Positions 17,060 to 27,241 of a stretch of DNA of 32,000 nt are shown piece by piece. Every line of letters begins with the position of its first letter. The first letter of the stretch is position 1. Under the pieces are notes generated by a model that saw only the letters and a program-made list of their open reading frames with translations, had not been told where the DNA came from and searched no databases. The translations under genes were made by a program, and so were the position numbers. Source of the DNA: Mycolicibacterium smegmatis (GTDB lineage: Bacteria > Actinomycetota > Actinomycetes > Mycobacteriales > Mycobacteriaceae); the NCBI RefSeq assembly GCF_001457595.1, contig NZ_LN831039.1, positions 5,850,001 to 5,882,000 of the forward strand, given 5' to 3'.

Positions 17060-17460
17060 CCACCGAGCCGCAGGAGGTCACCGTCAAGGTGTCCAACTCG
17101 ACCGGACAGAGCGGGCTCGCGGCGACCGCGGCCGGCGAGCTCGAGCAGCACGGTTTCAACGTCACGACGCCCGACGACTACCCCGGCCCGCTGGACGCCA
17201 CCACGGTGTTCTTCTCCCCCGGCAACGAGGAGGCGGCCGCGACCGTCGCGTCGTCGTTCTCCAACGCCGCCATCGAGCGGGTCACCGGCCTCGGGGACGT
17301 GGTCCAGGTGGTGCTCGGATCCGACTTCATGGCCGTGAACCCGCCCAGCCCGAGCGGTTCCACCGTCCAGGTCAAGATGGTGCGCGGCACCAGCAGCACG
17401 CCGACGGAGTTGCCCGAGGATCTCTCGGTCACCAACGCCGCGGACGCCACCTGCGAGTGA
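17044..17460 (+). CDS. LytR_C domain segment in the -1 frame relative to the LCP ORF (a separate overlapping ORF or the displaced 3' part of one gene)
   Basis: EVTVKVSNSTGQSGLAATAAGELEQHGFNVTTPDDYP...TVFFSPGNEEAAATVASSF...VVQVVLGSDF is a typical LytR_C pattern, and this domain is normally fused to LCP proteins. ATG 17044 is the first in-frame ATG of this segment; the frame itself stays open upstream as far as 16225. Confidence 0.6.
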   Translation: MVDTVTTEPQEVTVKVSNSTGQSGLAATAAGELEQHGFNVTTPDDYPGPLDATTVFFSPGNEEAAATVASSFSNAAIERVTGLGDVVQVVLGSDFMAVNPPSPSGSTVQVKMVRGTSSTPTELPEDLSVTNAADATCE

Positions 17461-17473
17461 GCCTGCGGACGCC

Positions 17474-17490
17474 ATTCACCCGGCGTTCAC
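17474..17490 (+). promoter_or_regulatory. ATTCAC-N5-GTTCAC direct repeat upstream of phoU (candidate Pho box)
   Basis: ATTCAC 17474-17479 and GTTCAC 17485-17490 are spaced 11 bp apart, 47 nt upstream of ATG 17537. The pstS upstream region has the same architecture. Confidence 0.35.
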
Positions 17491-17536
17491 CAGCAGCTTC
17501 GTGACTCCGCGGTCCCCGACGGCCTAATCTGGGTGC

Positions 17537-18205
17537 ATGCGGATCCAGTACCACGAGCAGCTCGCGTCCCTGAACGACCAGCTGGGCGCGATGTGCGAGT
17601 TGGCGGGCACTGCGATGGAACGTGCCACCCAGTCGCTGCTGCAAGCCGATCTGGTGCTGGCCGAGCAGGTCATCAGTGACCACGACAAGATGACGACGCT
17701 CAGCGCGCAGGCCGAGGAGACAGCGTTCGTCCTGTTGGCCCTGCAGGCCCCGGTCGCAGGCGATCTGCGCACCGTGGTGGGCGCGATCCAGATCATCGCC
17801 GACGTCGATCGCATGGGCGCGCTCGCCCTGCACGTCGCCAAGATCGCCCGCAGGCGCCATCCGCAGCACGCGCTGCCCGAAGAGGTCAACGGCTACTTCG
17901 CCGAGATGGGCCGCGTCGCGGTGGAGCTCGGGCACGCCGCGCGCGAGGTGCTGATCACGCGGGATCCGGAGAAGGCCGCCCGGATCCAGGAGGAAGACGA
18001 TGCGATGGACGATCTGCACGGTCACCTCTTCACCGTGCTGATGGACCGCGAGTGGAAGCACGGTGTGATGGCCGCGGTCGACGTGACGCTGCTCAGCCGG
18101 TTCTACGAGCGCTTCGCCGACCATGCGGTCGAGGTGGCCCGCCGGGTCATCTTCCAGGTCACGGGCAACTACCCCGACGGCGACAAGGTCACCACGCAGC
18201 AGTGA
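17537..18205 (+). CDS. phoU: phosphate signalling regulator PhoU
   Basis: 222 aa with two PhoU repeats ([17 protein letters not shown]... and [14 protein letters not shown]...[17 protein letters not shown]). Confidence 0.9.
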   Translation: MRIQYHEQLASLNDQLGAMCELAGTAMERATQSLLQADLVLAEQVISDHDKMTTLSAQAEETAFVLLALQAPVAGDLRTVVGAIQIIADVDRMGALALHVAKIARRRHPQHALPEEVNGYFAEMGRVAVELGHAAREVLITRDPEKAARIQEEDDAMDDLHGHLFTVLMDREWKHGVMAAVDVTLLSRFYERFADHAVEVARRVIFQVTGNYPDGDKVTTQQ

Positions 18206-18206
18206 C

Positions 18207-18731
18207 CTACGGCTGATCGGCCGCCACCACCCGCACCCCCACCTTCTGTGCGCTCGCGAGATCGCGCAGAACCTTGGTGAGCACCTGCAGTTCGTTCGCG
18301 CTGTAGCGCATCAGGAAGTCGCGCCAGCCCCGGTTCATCTCCTCGTGCAGTTCCCGGTGGGCCGCGGCCACCCGCTCGCCGTCGGCGGTCAGCCGCAATT
18401 CGATTTCCTTGCGGTTGCCCGGAACCGGCGTGCGCACCACCAGGCCGGCCTCCACCAGGCGCTGAACGTGTTTGGACACCGTGCCTTTGAGCTGCCCGGA
18501 CTTCGCGGCGAGCCCGACGATGCTGACCGGTCCGGCCGCGATCGTGTCGAGCAGGTGCATCGACAGCTTCGGCAGTGACCGCACGGCGGCCTCGAGCCCC
18601 GCCGGGCAGTGTGAGGCGACGAAATCGTGTTCGGCGTCGGTGTCCTCGTCGCCGTCGAATCGGTCGGCCACCGCGTCCATGAGCGCAGTGATGTCCTCGA
18701 CCAGCCCGCTCTTGGTTTTCACGGAAACCAT
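18207..18731 (-). CDS. MarR family transcriptional regulator
   Basis: The wHTH is SIVGLAAKSGQLKGTVSKHVQRLVEAGLVVRTPVPGNRKEIELRLT. A start at ATG 18731 leaves an 88-bp divergent gap. An alternative ATG is at 18794, and the track ORF is over-extended. Confidence 0.8.
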   Translation of the reverse strand: MVSVKTKSGLVEDITALMDAVADRFDGDEDTDAEHDFVASHCPAGLEAAVRSLPKLSMHLLDTIAAGPVSIVGLAAKSGQLKGTVSKHVQRLVEAGLVVRTPVPGNRKEIELRLTADGERVAAAHRELHEEMNRGWRDFLMRYSANELQVLTKVLRDLASAQKVGVRVVAADQP

Positions 18732-18777
18732 CTTGCCGCGCCGCGGCACTTCGTGGATAGTGGGCAGAGGAATTATC

Positions 18778-18808
18778 GTTTCCACCGAAACCATATCCGA
18801 GGAAACCA
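18778..18808. promoter_or_regulatory. GTTTC/GAAAC inverted repeat plus GAAACCA repeats (candidate MarR operator)
   Basis: GTTTC 18778-18782 pairs with GAAAC 18787-18791. GAAACCA recurs at 18724-18730, 18787-18793 and 18802-18808 in and next to the divergent gap. Confidence 0.3.
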
Positions 18809-18819
18809 AGAGGAGCGTC

Positions 18820-19794
18820 ATGAAAGCCGCCGTCGTGAGAGCCTGGGGCCAGTCGCCCGTGTACACCGACCTGCCCGACCCGAAACCGGGCGAAGGCACC
18901 GAGATCGCCGAGGTCGAGGCCAGCGCGCTCACCAACCTCACCAAGGGGATCGCCTCGGGAAAGCACTACGCCGCCAAGGACATCGAGCTTCCCGTCGTCC
19001 CCGGGTTCGACGGCGTGGCGCGACTGGCCGACGGCAGGCGGGTGTACACCATGAGCATCGGATCGCACGGGTTGATGGCCGAGCGCACCCTGGTCGACCC
19101 CGGGCGGGCCGTCGAGATCCCCGAACACGTCGACTCCGTGACCGCGGCCGCCCTGCCGAACCCGGGCACGTCGGCGTGGATCACCCTGTCGTACGCCGCA
19201 GCGGTCAAGCCCGGTGACCACGTCCTGGTGCTCGGCGCCACCGGCGTGACCGGATCGACGGCCGTGCAGTTGGCCGGCTCGATGTTCGGCGCGGAATCCG
19301 TCGTCGCGGTGGGCCGCAACGCCGAGCGGTTGCAGTGGCTGCGGTCGGCCGGGGCGCAGACCGTGATCCGGCTCGGTGACGACGATCTCGCTGCCCGTGT
19401 CGCCGAACTGCACGCCGCACGTCCGTTCGACGCGGTCCTGGACTATCTCTGGGGCGAACCGGCCGAACAGGTGCTCGGCGCGCTCGCGGCAGCTTCCCCG
19501 GCGGGCCGATTCCACGCCATCCGGTACGTGCAGGTCGGGTCCATGGCGGGCACCGCCCTCACCCTGGACGCCGCGGTGCTGCGATCGATCGGGATCACCA
19601 TCAGCGGTGTGGGGATCGGCGGTGTGCCCGACGACGTGTGGCGCCAGGCCCGGACCGAGGCCCTACCGAAACTGCTGTCCATGGTGGATGCCGGCGAGCT
19701 CCTGTTGCACACGCGGCAACGTCGGCTGGCCGACATCGAGACCGTCTGGTCGGAGAAGTCGCCGTCGGGAACGCGCATCGTGGTGACGCCGTGA
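18820..19794 (+). CDS. zinc-binding dehydrogenase / quinone oxidoreductase family protein
   Basis: ATG 18820 lies 4 nt after AGGAG 18811-18815. The MDR-family layout includes the Rossmann motif LGATGVTGSTAVQLA. Confidence 0.8.
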   Translation: MKAAVVRAWGQSPVYTDLPDPKPGEGTEIAEVEASALTNLTKGIASGKHYAAKDIELPVVPGFDGVARLADGRRVYTMSIGSHGLMAERTLVDPGRAVEIPEHVDSVTAAALPNPGTSAWITLSYAAAVKPGDHVLVLGATGVTGSTAVQLAGSMFGAESVVAVGRNAERLQWLRSAGAQTVIRLGDDDLAARVAELHAARPFDAVLDYLWGEPAEQVLGALAAASPAGRFHAIRYVQVGSMAGTALTLDAAVLRSIGITISGVGIGGVPDDVWRQARTEALPKLLSMVDAGELLLHTRQRRLADIETVWSEKSPSGTRIVVTP

Positions 19795-19806
19795 CGCCGT
19801 GACGCC
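19783..19806. repeat. perfect tandem 8-mer, three copies (GTGACGCC)
   Basis: Copies lie at 19783-19790, 19791-19798 and 19799-19806. They span the oxidoreductase stop codon (TGA 19792-19794) and fill the whole 12-nt gap to the convergent pstB stop. Confidence 0.85.
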
Positions 19807-20583
19807 TCAGCCGAAGCGGCCGGAGATGTAATCCTCGGTCGCCTTCTGGCGGGGATTGGAGAAGATCTTCTCGGTGTCGTCGATCTCGATCAGCCGGCCC
19901 GGCTTTCCGGTGGCCTCGAGGTTGAAGAACGCGGTCTGATCGCTCACGCGTGCGGCCTGCTGCATGTTGTGCGTGACGATGACGATCGTGTAGTCGAGCT
20001 TGAGCGTCGCGATCAGATCCTCGATCGCCAGCGTCGAGATCGGGTCGAGCGCCGAGCACGGTTCGTCCATCAGCAGCACATCGGGCTGTACCGCGATCGC
20101 ACGCGCGATGCACAGGCGCTGCTGCTGACCACCGGAGAGGCCGCCGCCCGGTTTGTCGAGCCGGTCCTTGACCTCGTTCCACAGGTTGGCGCCACGCAGT
20201 GAGCGCTCGGCGACCTCGTCGAGGGTCTTCTTGTTGCGCACCCCCTGCAGCTTGAGACCGGCCACCACGTTGTCACGAATCGACATGGTGGGGAACGGGT
20301 TCGGGCGCTGGAACACCATGCCGATGGTCTTGCGGACACCCACCGGGTCGACACCCGGACCGTAGATGTCCTCGCCGTCGAGCAGCACCGAACCCTCGAC
20401 ACGGGCACCGGGGATGACCTCGTGCATGCGGTTGAGCGTGCGCAGCACCGTGGACTTGCCGCAGCCCGACGGGCCGATGAACGCCGTGACGCTGCGCGGC
20501 TGGACCGCGAGCGACACATCGGCCACCGCATGGAACGCGCCGTAGTAGATGTTGACGTCTTTGAGATCGAGCCGTTTGGCCAT
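19807..20583 (-). CDS. pstB: phosphate ABC transporter ATP-binding protein PstB
   Basis: 258 aa from ATG 20583. Walker A is GPSGCGKST, the signature is LSGGQQQR, and Walker B is LLMDEP. The track ORF (to 20919) runs into pstA. Confidence 0.95.
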
Positions 20584-20591
20584 GAACGTTC

Positions 20592-21524
20592 CTAAATCTT
20601 CTTCGGGGCGAAGAGTTTGGCGACAAGACGGGCACCGACGTTGAGCACGGCGATGAGCAGGATCAGCGTGAGCGCCGCACCCCACAGCCGGTCCGTCGGC
20701 ACCGGATTGGCACCGGCGCCCGCCGAGATCTGGTCGTACATCATGCCGGGCAACGAGCCCATGAAACCGCTGAAAATGTCGAAGTTCATCGCCTGCGCGT
20801 AGCCCACGAGCACCAGCAGAGGCGCGGTCTCCCCCATCACGCGGGCCAGCGCGAGCATCACGCCGGTGACGATGCCGGACAGCGCCGTCGGGATCACGAT
20901 GCGCACGATGGTCTTCCACTTCGGCACGCCCAGCGCGTAACTGGCCTCACGCAGGTCCATCGGCACGATGCGCAGCATCTCCTCGGTGGCCCGCACGATC
21001 ACCGGGATCATCAACAGCACCAAAGAAAGTGACACCGCGAACCCGGACCGCTGGAAGCCCAGGGTGGCGACCCACAGCGCGTAGATGAACAGCGCGGCGA
21101 CGATCGACGGCACACCGGTGAGGATGTCCACCATGAACGTGGTGATCTTGCCCAGGCGCGAGTTGCCCGCGTACTCGACCAGATACACCGCGACCATGAC
21201 ACCGACGGGGATCGAGATCAGCGAACACACCAGGCCCTGCAGGACCGTGCCGACGATCGCGTGGTACACACCGCCGCCGGGCGAGAACGCCGTCATACCG
21301 GCCTGCGAATGGGTGAACCACACCGGTGACGTGACGGCGTGGATGCCCTTGCTGATCACCGAATACAGCACCCACAGCAGCGGGACGAGCGCGATCAGCA
21401 CCGAGATGGTCACGAGCACCGTGGCGAAGTGGTTGGTGAGCTTGCGGCGCAGGCTCACACCCTGGAACGCCGGCGCCTTGACGGGTTGTTCGAGCGTGGA
21501 GGCCGACGGGGCGTTGGTGGTCAT
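20592..21524 (-). CDS. pstA: phosphate ABC transporter permease PstA
   Basis: A polytopic permease with an EAA-like loop ([25 protein letters not shown]). Its position lies between pstC and pstB. The ATGA overlap with the pstC stop is at 21521-21524. Confidence 0.9.
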
Positions 21525-22576
21525 TCGCGTCCCTTCCCGCCGACCACGGCCCGCGCCAGCGAGTTCACGATGAACGTGAGGACGAACAGCACAAGACCGG
21601 CGGCGATGTACGCGCCTGCCTTGTACTGGTCGTTGAATTCGCTTGCCGTCGCGGCGATCTTGCTGGCGAACGTGTAGCCGCCGTCGAACAGCGACCAGCC
21701 GAACGCGGTCTGGGTGCCACGCAGGATGATCAGCAGCGCGATGGTCTCACCGAGCGCACGGCCGAGACCGAGCATGGCACCGCTGATGTAGCCGGACAGA
21801 CCGAACGGCAACACCGTGGTGCGCACGACCTCCCAGCGTGTGGCGCCGAGCGCGAGCGCGGCCTCGATCTGGCCGCGAGGGGTCTGCAGGAACACCTCGC
21901 GCGTGACCGCGGTGATGATCGGCAGGATCATCACCGCGAGCACGATGCCCGCGGTGAATATGGTTCCGCCGCCTGCGACCGACGCGTTGCCGGTGGAGAA
22001 CAGGAAGAACCAGCCCAGGTTTTCGTTGAGCCACACCGCAACCGGTTTGATCGCCGGGGCCAGCACGTAGAGACCCCACACGCCGTAGACGATCGACGGT
22101 ACGGCGGCCAGCAGATCGACCATGTAGGCCAGCGGACCGGCCAGCCGGCGCGGGGCGTACTGCGTCAGATAGATCGCGATGCCCAGGGCGACCGGCATCG
22201 CCAGGACGAGCGCGAAGATCGAGACGAACACCGTGACCTGCAGCAGGTCGAAGATGCCGAAATGCATCGCCGAGGTGTCGGTGGTGACCCAGTTGCCGCC
22301 GTAGAGGAAGAAGTTCTCCTGGTTGCGGGCCAGTGCCGGCACCGCGCGCATCAGCAGGAACATCCCGATCGCCGCGATGAGCGCGACGATCAAGAGGCCC
22401 GACCCCTCGGCGAGCCACTGGAAGATCCGGTCCGCCGGGCGGATCTTGGCCCGGCGGGAGGGGTTGGTGGAGATGGGTTCCGGCTCAGGGAAGGGGGACG
22501 CGAGCGTCTCCCCCGACCCTGAGTCAGCTGGATTCGGTGTTGTCACTGTTATCCCGTCGGGGAACCTGTCGGTCAT
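21521..22576 (-). CDS. pstC: phosphate ABC transporter permease PstC
   Basis: A polytopic permease with an EAA-like loop ([26 protein letters not shown]), located downstream of pstS. Confidence 0.9.
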   Translation of the reverse strand: MTDRFPDGITVTTPNPADSGSGETLASPFPEPEPISTNPSRRAKIRPADRIFQWLAEGSGLLIVALIAAIGMFLLMRAVPALARNQENFFLYGGNWVTTDTSAMHFGIFDLLQVTVFVSIFALVLAMPVALGIAIYLTQYAPRRLAGPLAYMVDLLAAVPSIVYGVWGLYVLAPAIKPVAVWLNENLGWFFLFSTGNASVAGGGTIFTAGIVLAVMILPIITAVTREVFLQTPRGQIEAALALGATRWEVVRTTVLPFGLSGYISGAMLGLGRALGETIALLIILRGTQTAFGWSLFDGGYTFASKIAATASEFNDQYKAGAYIAAGLVLFVLTFIVNSLARAVVGGKGRE

Positions 22577-22624
22577 GTGTTCCGAAATCCATCCTCACCA
22601 GATTCGTTCTGCAAATCCAGCTGA

Positions 22625-23746
22625 CTAGCTGATCGCATCGATGGAAGTGAGCAAACGCTCTTTGAAGGCGTTGGGCAGCGGCACATAGCCGGCGGCCGAG
22701 AGGTTGGCCTGCCCCTCGTTGGCGGCGACGGTCAGGAACGACTTCACCGCGGCCGCGGTGTCGGCGTCATAACCCTTGGAGCACACGATCTCGTAGGTGG
22801 CGAGCACCAGCGGGTACGCGCCGGCCTCCTTCGTGCCGTACAGCGAGTTCAGGTCGAGTGCAAGGTCGTTGCCCTCGGCCGCGAACTTCGCGGCGTCGAT
22901 GGCCTTTGCGGCCGACTCGTCGGTCAGCTCGACCGCACCGGCACCGCTGTCGATCTGCGCGAAGGGCAGGCCCGCCTGCTCGGCGAAGCCCTTCTCGACG
23001 TAGCCGATCGAACCCGGCGTCGCCTGCACGGCCTGCACCACGCCCGACGACTTCTGGGCGCCCTCGCCTGCGCCGCCGTTGAACTCGCTGCCGTCACCCT
23101 TGGTCCACGACTGCGGCGCGGCGGCAGTGAGGTACTTCTGGAAGTTGTCGGTGGTGCCGGAGGAATCCGAGCGGTAGATGGGTGTGATCGCGGCGTCGGG
23201 CAGCGAGGCGCCCTCGTTGAGCCCCGCGATCGCCGGATCGTTCCACTTGGTGATCTGGCCTTGGAAGATCTTGGCCAGCAGGTCGCCGTTGAGTACCAGC
23301 TTGTCGACGCCCTCGAGGTTGTACGCCATCGCCACCGGACCGAACACCAGCGGCAGGTTCCAGGCCGGATTGCCACCGCAGCGTTCGGCCGCGGCCGCCA
23401 CCTGATCACCGCTGAGCGCGGAGTCAGAACCCGCGATGTCGACCTGCTTGGCGATGAACTGCTCGCGGCCCGCGCCGGATCCGGTGGGGTTGTAGGAGAG
23501 GTTCTTGCCCCCGCACACCTGGCCCCACGCCTTGTTGAACTCGGCGATCGCGTTCTGTTGCGCGGTCGACCCCTCGGCCGTCAGCGAGTTCTTGCCACCG
23601 CACTCGGCCGAGGCGGCGCTGCCGGAGGGGGCCGCGCCGGAGGTGCCGGTGGCCGGAGCGTTGTTGTCGCTGCCGCACGCGCTGAGCGTGAGCGCCGCGA
23701 TGGCCGCCGCGGCGATACCAACCGGCCTGCCAACCTTCCGGCCCAT
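22625..23746 (-). CDS. pstS: phosphate-binding lipoprotein PstS
   Basis: ATG 23746 gives MGRKVGRPVGIAAAAIAALTLSAC, with lipobox LSAC. PBP-type motifs are present (NPTGSGAGREQF, RSDSSGTT). The track ORF has a 20-codon 5' extension. Confidence 0.9.
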   Translation of the reverse strand: MGRKVGRPVGIAAAAIAALTLSACGSDNNAPATGTSGAAPSGSAASAECGGKNSLTAEGSTAQQNAIAEFNKAWGQVCGGKNLSYNPTGSGAGREQFIAKQVDIAGSDSALSGDQVAAAAERCGGNPAWNLPLVFGPVAMAYNLEGVDKLVLNGDLLAKIFQGQITKWNDPAIAGLNEGASLPDAAITPIYRSDSSGTTDNFQKYLTAAAPQSWTKGDGSEFNGGAGEGAQKSSGVVQAVQATPGSIGYVEKGFAEQAGLPFAQIDSGAGAVELTDESAAKAIDAAKFAAEGNDLALDLNSLYGTKEAGAYPLVLATYEIVCSKGYDADTAAAVKSFLTVAANEGQANLSAAGYVPLPNAFKERLLTSIDAIS

Positions 23747-23842
23747 GCTGTTGAGCTTCACGTGTCGTGTCCCACTTTCCGTTGACGGCTTCAGACTCCC
23801 CGGCAACGTATTCGCCGCTCATTGACGGATTCGGGACAGCAG

Positions 23843-23876
23843 GTGAACGCACAGTGAACACGTTCAGCGTGTTCAC
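23843..23876 (-). promoter_or_regulatory. GTTCAC/GTGAAC hexamer cluster upstream of pstS (candidate RegX3-type Pho box)
   Basis: The plus strand carries GTGAAC at 23843 and 23854 (11-bp spacing), GTTCA at 23862 and GTTCAC at 23871. Read in the pstS direction this is GTTCAC-TGTGC-GTTCAC, preceded by an 8-bp inverted repeat (GTGAACAC/GTGTTCAC). It lies 97-130 nt upstream of the pstS start. Confidence 0.45.
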
Positions 23877-23916
23877 AGGCGCGAGGCGTCAACCAGCGGC
23901 GTACGCCGCAGGCCCG

Positions 23917-25589
<1,673 letters not shown>

Positions 25590-25751
25590 GTCCTCCCGGC
25601 TCGTCAGGAATCTCTGCGGGAGAACACAGACGCCGGTGTCGGGTGATCTTCCGGATTCATGACTGACATGTAGCCGTTACCGGCCTTTGGTGTTACGAGG
25701 ATAACGCCTCACCTGCTCGTCAGCCGCGCCGAGCGAATCTTTGCCGGTCTC

Positions 25752-26567
25752 GTGGGCAACAATGTCCCGGTGCGCAGACTGGTGGTCGGGTTCGTCGCGG
25801 CGGTGGCCGCGCTCGTCGTCGGGGCGGTCGGCACCGATTTCGGAGCAGCCATCTACGCCGAGTACCGGCTGGCCCGTACGGTCCGCAGCGCCGCGTCGCT
25901 CAACTGGGATCCGTGGGTCGCGATCCTCGGGTTCCCGTTCATCCCGCAGGCCCGCGACCACAGATACAACGAGATCGAGATCCGGGCCAACGGCGTCGAC
26001 CATCCCGTCGCCGAAAAGGTGTCGCTGGAGGCGACACTGCACGACGTCGACATCACCGAGGCCTCGTGGCTGATCCGCGAGGACGCACCGCTCCCGGTCG
26101 CCGAGGCCGAGAGCCGCATCATCATCGATTCCACGCATGTCGGCCGCTACATGGGCATCGACGACCTGCTGGTCGAGGCGCCCTCACGCGACACCAACGA
26201 CGCCACCGGCGGCACCACCGAATCCGGCATCTCCGGTAATACGGGTCTGGTTTTCACCGGCACACCCAAGGCGTCGGGCCTGGACAAGAGGGTCAGCGTC
26301 GCCGTCGACCTTTCGCTCGAGGGACCCGACCAGAGCACGCTGGTGCTGACGGCGACCGGCATCCTCACGGGCCCCAACACCGCCGACGAGCAGGTGCCCG
26401 ACGACAAACTCGCATCGGTGCTCGACGAATTCAGCAACACCATCCCCGACCTGAGACTGCCGTTCGGCATCGCACCGACGAGCCAGGGCGCCCGCGGATC
26501 CGACATCATCATCGAAGGGATCGGCGAGGGAGTAACCATCGACCTGGCGGGGTTCAGGAAGACATGA
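25752..26567 (+). CDS. lmeA: DUF2993 / LmeA-like envelope lipid-binding protein
   Basis: An N-terminal TM/signal segment (LVVGFVAAVAALVVGAV) precedes a DUF2993-like body. It occupies the synteny position of Rv0817c, whose M. smegmatis ortholog I recall being named LmeA. The start could instead be GTG 25770. Confidence 0.65.
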   Translation: MGNNVPVRRLVVGFVAAVAALVVGAVGTDFGAAIYAEYRLARTVRSAASLNWDPWVAILGFPFIPQARDHRYNEIEIRANGVDHPVAEKVSLEATLHDVDITEASWLIREDAPLPVAEAESRIIIDSTHVGRYMGIDDLLVEAPSRDTNDATGGTTESGISGNTGLVFTGTPKASGLDKRVSVAVDLSLEGPDQSTLVLTATGILTGPNTADEQVPDDKLASVLDEFSNTIPDLRLPFGIAPTSQGARGSDIIIEGIGEGVTIDLAGFRKT

Positions 26568-27028
26568 GCTCATCGATGGCGGCAGCCGTCGCGGTGCTGA
26601 TCGCGGCGCTCGTGCTGGCCTATGTGATCGGGCGCGTGCTGACCCGCCGGTCCGGCCGCGTTCGCCAGACGGGCCCGGGTTCTGCCGTCGGTGCCGAGAC
26701 CGACGCGGTTGCCCAGGCCGAGGCGGAACGCAACCTCACCGATCTGGGGCTGTCGCGCACCGGCCCGACGATCCTGCACTTCAGCGCCGAGTGGTGCGGA
26801 CCGTGCGCAGGCGTGCGCCGTGTGGTCGACCAGGTGTGCGCCGAGTTGCCCGCCATAGCGCACGTCGAGATCGACATGGACGCGAATCCCCAAGCCGCCA
26901 GGCGCCTTTCGGTGCTGTCGTTGCCGACGACGTTCATCTTCGATGCGCGCGGCCACCAGCGGTACCGCACCAGCGGCGTCCCCAGGGCCGCTGACCTGCG
27001 TACCGCGGTGGAGCCGCTGTTGGCCTGA
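26564..27028 (+). CDS. thiX: membrane-anchored thioredoxin-like protein
   Basis: An N-terminal TM helix precedes a thioredoxin fold with the WCGPC active site. The ATGA overlap with the upstream stop is at 26564-26567. Confidence 0.85.
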   Translation: MSSSMAAAVAVLIAALVLAYVIGRVLTRRSGRVRQTGPGSAVGAETDAVAQAEAERNLTDLGLSRTGPTILHFSAEWCGPCAGVRRVVDQVCAELPAIAHVEIDMDANPQAARRLSVLSLPTTFIFDARGHQRYRTSGVPRAADLRTAVEPLLA

Positions 27029-27057
27029 TCCGAGGGTCATTGGGTAAGCTGTCGCTC

Positions 27058-27150
27058 GTGTCAACCCGCCTTGAGCTCTCGCTCACCAAGCGCCGCGCAG
27101 TGGATCTGTGCCGCGTTGCGGGTTGTTGCTGTTGTTGTTGTTGCTGTTGA
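27058..27150 (+). CDS. poly-cysteine leader peptide sORF (30 codons; alternative 16-codon form from GTG 27100)
   Basis: The translation is MSTRLELSLTKRRAVDLCRVAGCCCCCCCC followed by a stop. Codons 27124-27147 are TGT TGC TGT TGT TGT TGT TGC TGT, then TGA. TAAGCT (a TANNNT hexamer) lies at 27045-27050, 7 nt before GTG 27058, with no SD, which suggests a leaderless transcript. Confidence 0.6.
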   Translation: MSTRLELSLTKRRAVDLCRVAGCCCCCCCC

Positions 27151-27233
27151 GCGCAGCCGCGCGCTTTGACGCGCCCGCTCGGAATTTTCTGTTCCGGCCT
27201 GCACCCAACCAGATCCAACGACAACAACAGGAG
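27121..27233 (+). promoter_or_regulatory. candidate attenuator RNA: the Cys-codon tract pairs with the SD-proximal sequence of the DUF4395 gene; a hairpin plus U-rich tract follows the sORF stop
   Basis: 27129-27143 (CUGUUGUUGUUGUUG) pairs with 27216-27230 (CAACGACAACAACAG) over 15 contiguous pairs, including one G-U. AGGAG lies at 27229-27233 and the ATG at 27242. A separate hairpin spans 27149-27180 (GAGCG...CGCUC with an inner GCGCG/CGCGC stem) and is followed by GGAAUUUUCUGUU. Confidence 0.45.
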
Positions 27234-27241
27234 TTTCTTTC

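Noticed and set aside
18169-19515. 448-aa minus-strand ORF and other long alternative frames over the MarR/oxidoreductase pair
   Set aside because: They overlap the clear MarR wHTH and Rossmann-fold frames, and their composition is Arg/Gly-rich.
25676-25705. GTTAC ... GTTAC ... ATAAC repeats in the glnR/lmeA divergent gap, considered as a possible GlnR box
   Set aside because: The spacing (16 bp and 9 bp) does not fit the GlnR-type half-site spacing I remember (a-site n6 b-site). 5-mers like this are too short to be meaningful without a matrix search.
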